From NCBI GenBank assembly GCA_949358305.1, contig OX442314.1:28892001-28956000 (forward strand): a stretch of DNA of 64,000 nucleotides. The letters are read 5' to 3'. Each line of letters opens with the position of its first letter. The stretch's first letter is position 1. Made by a program: the position numbers and the translations under genes. Below the pieces are notes generated by a model, which searched no databases, was not told the origin of the DNA, and worked only from the letters and a program-made list of their open reading frames with translations. Positions 63,101 to 64,000 of this stretch are shown here, piece by piece. The stretch is from Strigamia acuminata (lineage: Eukaryota).

Positions 63101-64000
63101 CACTCCGAGCGCACGACAACTCGAGTTCGGGAACTGGAGCTGCTCGAGCGGCTGCGGTAGTCGCGACTCGTTGACGGGCCGGCCTCTGTTGGGGAGACGG
63201 CCTGTCTTCTTCGTGCGGGTCCGCGTGGGGCGGACTCCGCCGGACGCTTCGATCTTCTGTGATGGCGGCGACTTCCCAGGATACCAGCGTGGTATAACTG
63301 CCACATCTCAGACTGCGTGGCCGTAAAATTCGCCGGTGGTATCCATCTGGGTGTCAAATGGTCTTCTTCGATGTCGCGAAGCCATCTACGGATTTCTTCG
63401 GGGGAGAAACCGTTTCTCTCGAGAACTCGGGTTACTCCGTGAGTCTCGGTGCGCTTTAAGCGTTCGATCTCGTCGTCCACTATTTTCTGGCGGGCTGCCA
63501 AGGTCGGGGCCTCGCTCCACCTGTGGGAGGTGTGCAGCTCGGCCACCGTGCCTGGGTAAGCCTCTTCCAGGTACCCGGAGTAAACGGGGCTCGGCGGATC
63601 CGCATCGGGTGGGATCCGCGGCCCCACTCGCTCCCTCATCTCCTTCGTCATGCACTCGACCAGCGTTTTCGATCGCTCGAATTTTTCCTCGAGGGTCCTG
63701 GAGTACATCAATCGGATTTTCCAGGCGCTGGTCTCTGCAGGATAGGCCTGCCGCAGGTAAATCGGCAGGGCTCCGCGAAAGATGTTGTTGGCGGTTGACA
63801 CCGTCGAAGGCAGGGCGTCCCACGATTCTAGCGGGTCGACCTGAATAATTTTAGATCACAAGATTAATATAATAAATCCCAGTTTAACGATGGGGATCAG
63901 AAATATGCTCAAGATCGACGGTGGCAGCAACTCCTTTCTTTTGTTGCGGCCGTCGGTCTTATTTTCTTGTTTCGCAGTTCTGCGATGATCTCCGCCGTCG
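60187..64000 (-). mobile_element. LTR retrotransposon D, 3' end (LTR 60187-61006, PPT ~61007-61019)
   Basis: tgtcgcg...gggtcaccaca ends like element B; host intron homology stops at gatt|; carries an ORF3 homolog. Confidence 0.88.
61054..63840 (-). CDS. Element D third gene (ORF3), main exon, 928 aa
   Basis: Acceptor ttattcAG at 63842-63841, phase 0; IFRGALP, QSEMWQL, RQAMAAW..VDREGV, FHRRILRAHR shared with B. Confidence 0.85.
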   Translation of the reverse strand, partial: VDPLESWDALPSTVSTANNIFRGALPIYLRQAYPAETSAWKIRLMYSRTLEEKFERSKTLVECMTKEMRERVGPRIPPDADPPSPVYSGYLEEAYPGTVAELHTSHRWSEAPTLAARQKIVDDEIERLKRTETHGVTRVLERNGFSPEEIRRWLRDIEEDHLTPRWIPPANFTATQSEMWQLYHAGILGSRRHHRRSKRPAESAPRGPARRRQAVSPTEAGPSTSRDYRSRSSSSSSRTRVVVRSECRRVVTLEPASPDDARAERTVESSAHWAARSETHQDRGKKRSSLFMAITTQSSDQSSSRRTVSTHQRPDSPTDVPQRTVQQRSVAANTRRNRKRKVRQKTRARSLIAKGLEKEREMAAAKRSEPRSLGSAAGPSRLQAEIDLGELTEEQISQEESDKDGPVTKQDLAMALKNAFRGYAANRPSGSTPAVPTALVPPQVQSRWPPLLEGTNPAVTTWTPPRMIPVGDPTPKRVRYDDLPGMGRPPSPPTPRVYHPHRNAEWYAQRGMDARCRREAAYPSLSELQEYLAEYENPAIAELAIRQADAAQTHHINWAIEQMRTLSQQFSDNPDRAHPCHRSSLNLAVTNVLAQLLSLGVFLDSRQAMAAWTIVDREGVHLPRALYQVWAGWTPEPASLRFDLARNTENPGLQFSKMRSLAFRYRNPGVHPSLLRTIREVPEIPGTAASLPQAIETAPPEAAVQPYIPTPKPVFPKEKRHANRPILIPKRSKRGPRTPPLPSPSPPAAGLAALSAEPATPPLESPMEIPLPPSPPPPPAAQLYLRLGVEYPFLQMSEFTRQRIIDSDDHGESILKWLNREARSTMDAVFHRRILRAHRKPGSSAESRRIRLVPDRFPASTRIWIHERTGLVGEPAGSHPQYFINERQNPADLTTSLPPDLPPPPPAVPPVILRPCRGVLPALRRGER

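Noticed and set aside
61411..63848. Antisense ORFs over ORF3 of D, and similar ones over gag, pol and ORF3 of A and B
   Set aside because: Shadow frames of GC-rich coding sequence; no conservation between elements noticed

Overview
Eukaryotic, probably invertebrate, DNA. The host content is a tandem array of four intron-containing DEG/ENaC-family channel genes on the + strand. Copies 2 and 3 look intact, copy 1 lacks a visible first exon, and copy 4 is interrupted by an intronic retroelement that runs off the window. Between copies 1 and 2 lies a ~36 kb nest of LTR retroelements. Gypsy/Ty3 element A (11921-47663, minus strand) has Gypsy element B (12404-25674) inserted in its 3' LTR and a non-autonomous element C (33859-43502) inserted in the start of its pol frame. 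A further related element, D, starts at 60187. The main finding is that A, B and D share a large third gene in the env position that is not env. It has three conserved blocks, Arg/Pro-rich linkers, a phase-0 splice acceptor in all three elements, and a short acidic first exon visible in A and B. Element C has no gag/pol but carries a triplicated tRNA-Gln primer site, five PPT-like tracts and one orphan ORF behind its own TATA/Inr. The window also holds a ~2.7 kb nested palindrome, several MITEs, LTR remnants and a 200-N gap. All comparisons were made by eye; no database search was run.
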